DNA of 64,000 bases, from contig OZ025710.1 in NCBI GenBank assembly GCA_964019335.1, forward strand, positions 186,001-250,000, in the 5' to 3' direction. Position 1 is the first letter of the stretch; each line of letters opens with the position of its first letter. Below are positions 62,324 to 64,000 of the stretch, in pieces. Origin of the DNA: Diplonema japonicum (taxonomy: Eukaryota > Protista > Euglenozoa: Diplonemea). Below the pieces are notes generated by a model. The model ran no database searches, was not told the DNA's origin, and worked only from the letters and a program-made list of their open reading frames with translations. The position numbers and the translations under genes were made by a program.

Positions 62324-63007
62324 TTTCTTTTTTTTTTTTAATAGAACCACCTCCTTTTCTCTATATTTCATCAAATAGAAGAACCATCACAAAAAAGAGG
62401 GGGGGGTAAAGAAATGGCATTCTCTTTTTTTTTTGACCCACTTTATTCAAATGGAAGGGGAAAAGCAGGGAGAAAAAAAAGGGGGGGGGGGAAGTAAACG
62501 CAAAAAGAAAAAGAAAATTGCCTTCTCTTTTTTTTTTAAAGCGGGGCAAGGATGGAAGGGGGATAACAAACCTAAGAATATTTTTCTTTTTCTTTTTCTT
62601 TTTTTTTGAGGAAAACTTGGCTGCTCCTCGGTCATCCCAAGGGAAGGATAACTCGAATGACCACGTTCCATGTGTGTGCGAAGGTTCCCCGAATTTAAAA
62701 AAAAAAAGAAGAAATAAATACAATGTCCAAAGTTTTTTTTTTTTTGGCAGCACCCACTCACCCAGCATACATCAATGACACAGAAGTTTTGCTTTTTTTT
62801 TTCCCCTTCTTTTTTTTTTTCTTCTGGATTTAGTTTATCCCTTGTCCGATGAGGGAATTCACAAAAAAAAAATCTAAATTCATTTTTTTTTGTGTTTTTT
62901 TGTGCTTTTTTCCCCCCCTTGTTTTGGTGTTTGTTTTGTTCTTCGCCTTACATACACTTTATTTAAAAAATAAAAATAGAACAATAAAAAAAAGAAAAAA
63001 AAATGCA

Positions 63008-63952
63008 TCAGCTGGCTTCCTTCTCTTGTTTAACCCGTTTCAACTGTGGTAGTACGTGTGTTTTCCACCCCCCCCCCCCCCCTCCCCTCATTCATACCTT
63101 TTCTTCAAAATCCCGTTTTCTCTTCTCCTTGTCGATTTTAAGCTGCGACTCGATCTGCTTGGACAGTCTATCATAATGCTGGCTTATACTCGACAGCAGC
63201 CAATTGAGGCCTTCATCAATGTTTGCATGCGATGCATGCCCAGCATCGATGGCGCAAATAGGAAGCAATTTGTGAGGAGAGGGTATGTTGGGCATGGAGA
63301 AGGCCTGGGAGATCGCATCGAGGGGAACGGGAGAAGGGGTGTCTTGTTTATTAGAAAAGAAGAGAATGGGTTTAGTAGCCGTGCGTTCGTCAGTGAGTAT
63401 CGTCTGCACCGCTTCGACTGACTCCGCCAATGATTCTTGATCAGAACCATCAACCACATATATAATTCCGTGAACGTCTGAGAAGTAATTTGGCCACACT
63501 CCTCTGATTCTAGACCCGCCCCCTAGATCATAAAGTACGAGGTCAAACTTGTCAGTTGCCATTCTCACTGGGGTGAATCCCACAGTTGGTGTTGTTTCTG
63601 TGTCAATGTCATTTCCCATTGCCGATAACAGTGTTGTTTTGCCAGCTCCAGCGATGCCGAAAACGGCGACGGTCACCTTCAGCTTCTTCCCGTTGTTGTT
63701 GTCCCCTCGGTCCTCTTGTGTTGGGTCGTACTTTGTTGGTGGTTCCTTCTCCGGTTCTTCTTCGTCTTTCTTCTCCATGTTCTCCCTCACCTTGTCTGCT
63801 TCGGGCATCGACATCAGAACCTCGATCAAAAACGGGACCAGCTCCTTCGGCTTTATCTGGAGGATGTTCCCCGCCAACCGCTCGAAGAGAAGGTGCATCT
63901 TGTGCTCTCGGATATACTCCAGGTTTTTTTGATCCTCCATTTGCTCAGACAT
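63008..63952 (-). CDS. ARL13: ARL13-like ciliary GTPase with N-terminal dimerisation/docking domain; intron 63044-63097
   Basis: EYIREHKMHLLFERL..ILQIKP (D/D-like), GIAGAGKTT, PTVGF, YDLGGG (ARL13-type Gly for Gln), NKQD and a coiled-coil tail. Confidence 0.88.
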
Positions 63953-64000
63953 TTTTTTTTTTTAATTCTTCCCTCCCCGCTCTCCCCCCCCCCCCCCTCT

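Noticed and set aside
124-63932. Plus-strand ORFs in the track (e.g. 579-1025, 30620-32182, 33549-34505)
   Set aside because: Antisense shadows of minus-strand genes; no family motifs.
1-64000. tRNA, rRNA, SL RNA or spliceosomal snRNA genes
   Set aside because: No diagnostic motifs found by eye; a covariance-model scan is needed to exclude them.

Overview
Eukaryotic nuclear DNA, most likely Euglenozoa (diplonemid-like or a free-living/early-branching kinetoplastid relative). The taxon is inferred from a trypanosome-like Rab7, an ARL13 with an N-terminal dimerisation/docking domain, a stand-alone bacterial-type dihydroorotase and unidirectional gene order. I can reconstruct about 35 protein-coding genes, all on the minus strand, in the standard code and separated by short homopolymer-rich spacers. 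They include RPS12, two near-identical RPL13A copies, COG4, CCT2, a TAF1-like gene, GTPBP1/2, PSMC1, MsrB, a ferric reductase, a carnitine acyltransferase, NHP2, RFK, COX15, pyrC, RAB7 and ARL13. The main feature is intron architecture: about 34 tiny (35-65 nt) GT-AG introns, each removal of which restores an open frame (a conserved one in the recognisable genes). Most are filled with poly(A) instead of a branch-point/polypyrimidine tract, and about 10 run (A)n straight into the acceptor AG. Poly(A) also precedes many start codons. The largest gene-free gap (34.5-38.2 kb) holds a dyad-symmetric motif array with about 21-bp spacing, a 62-bp palindrome and a MITE-like foldback. An unassigned structured GC-rich island lies at 46.5-46.7 kb. 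All assignments are by eye and from memory of the families, with no database searches. Homopolymer lengths may be assembly-inexact.
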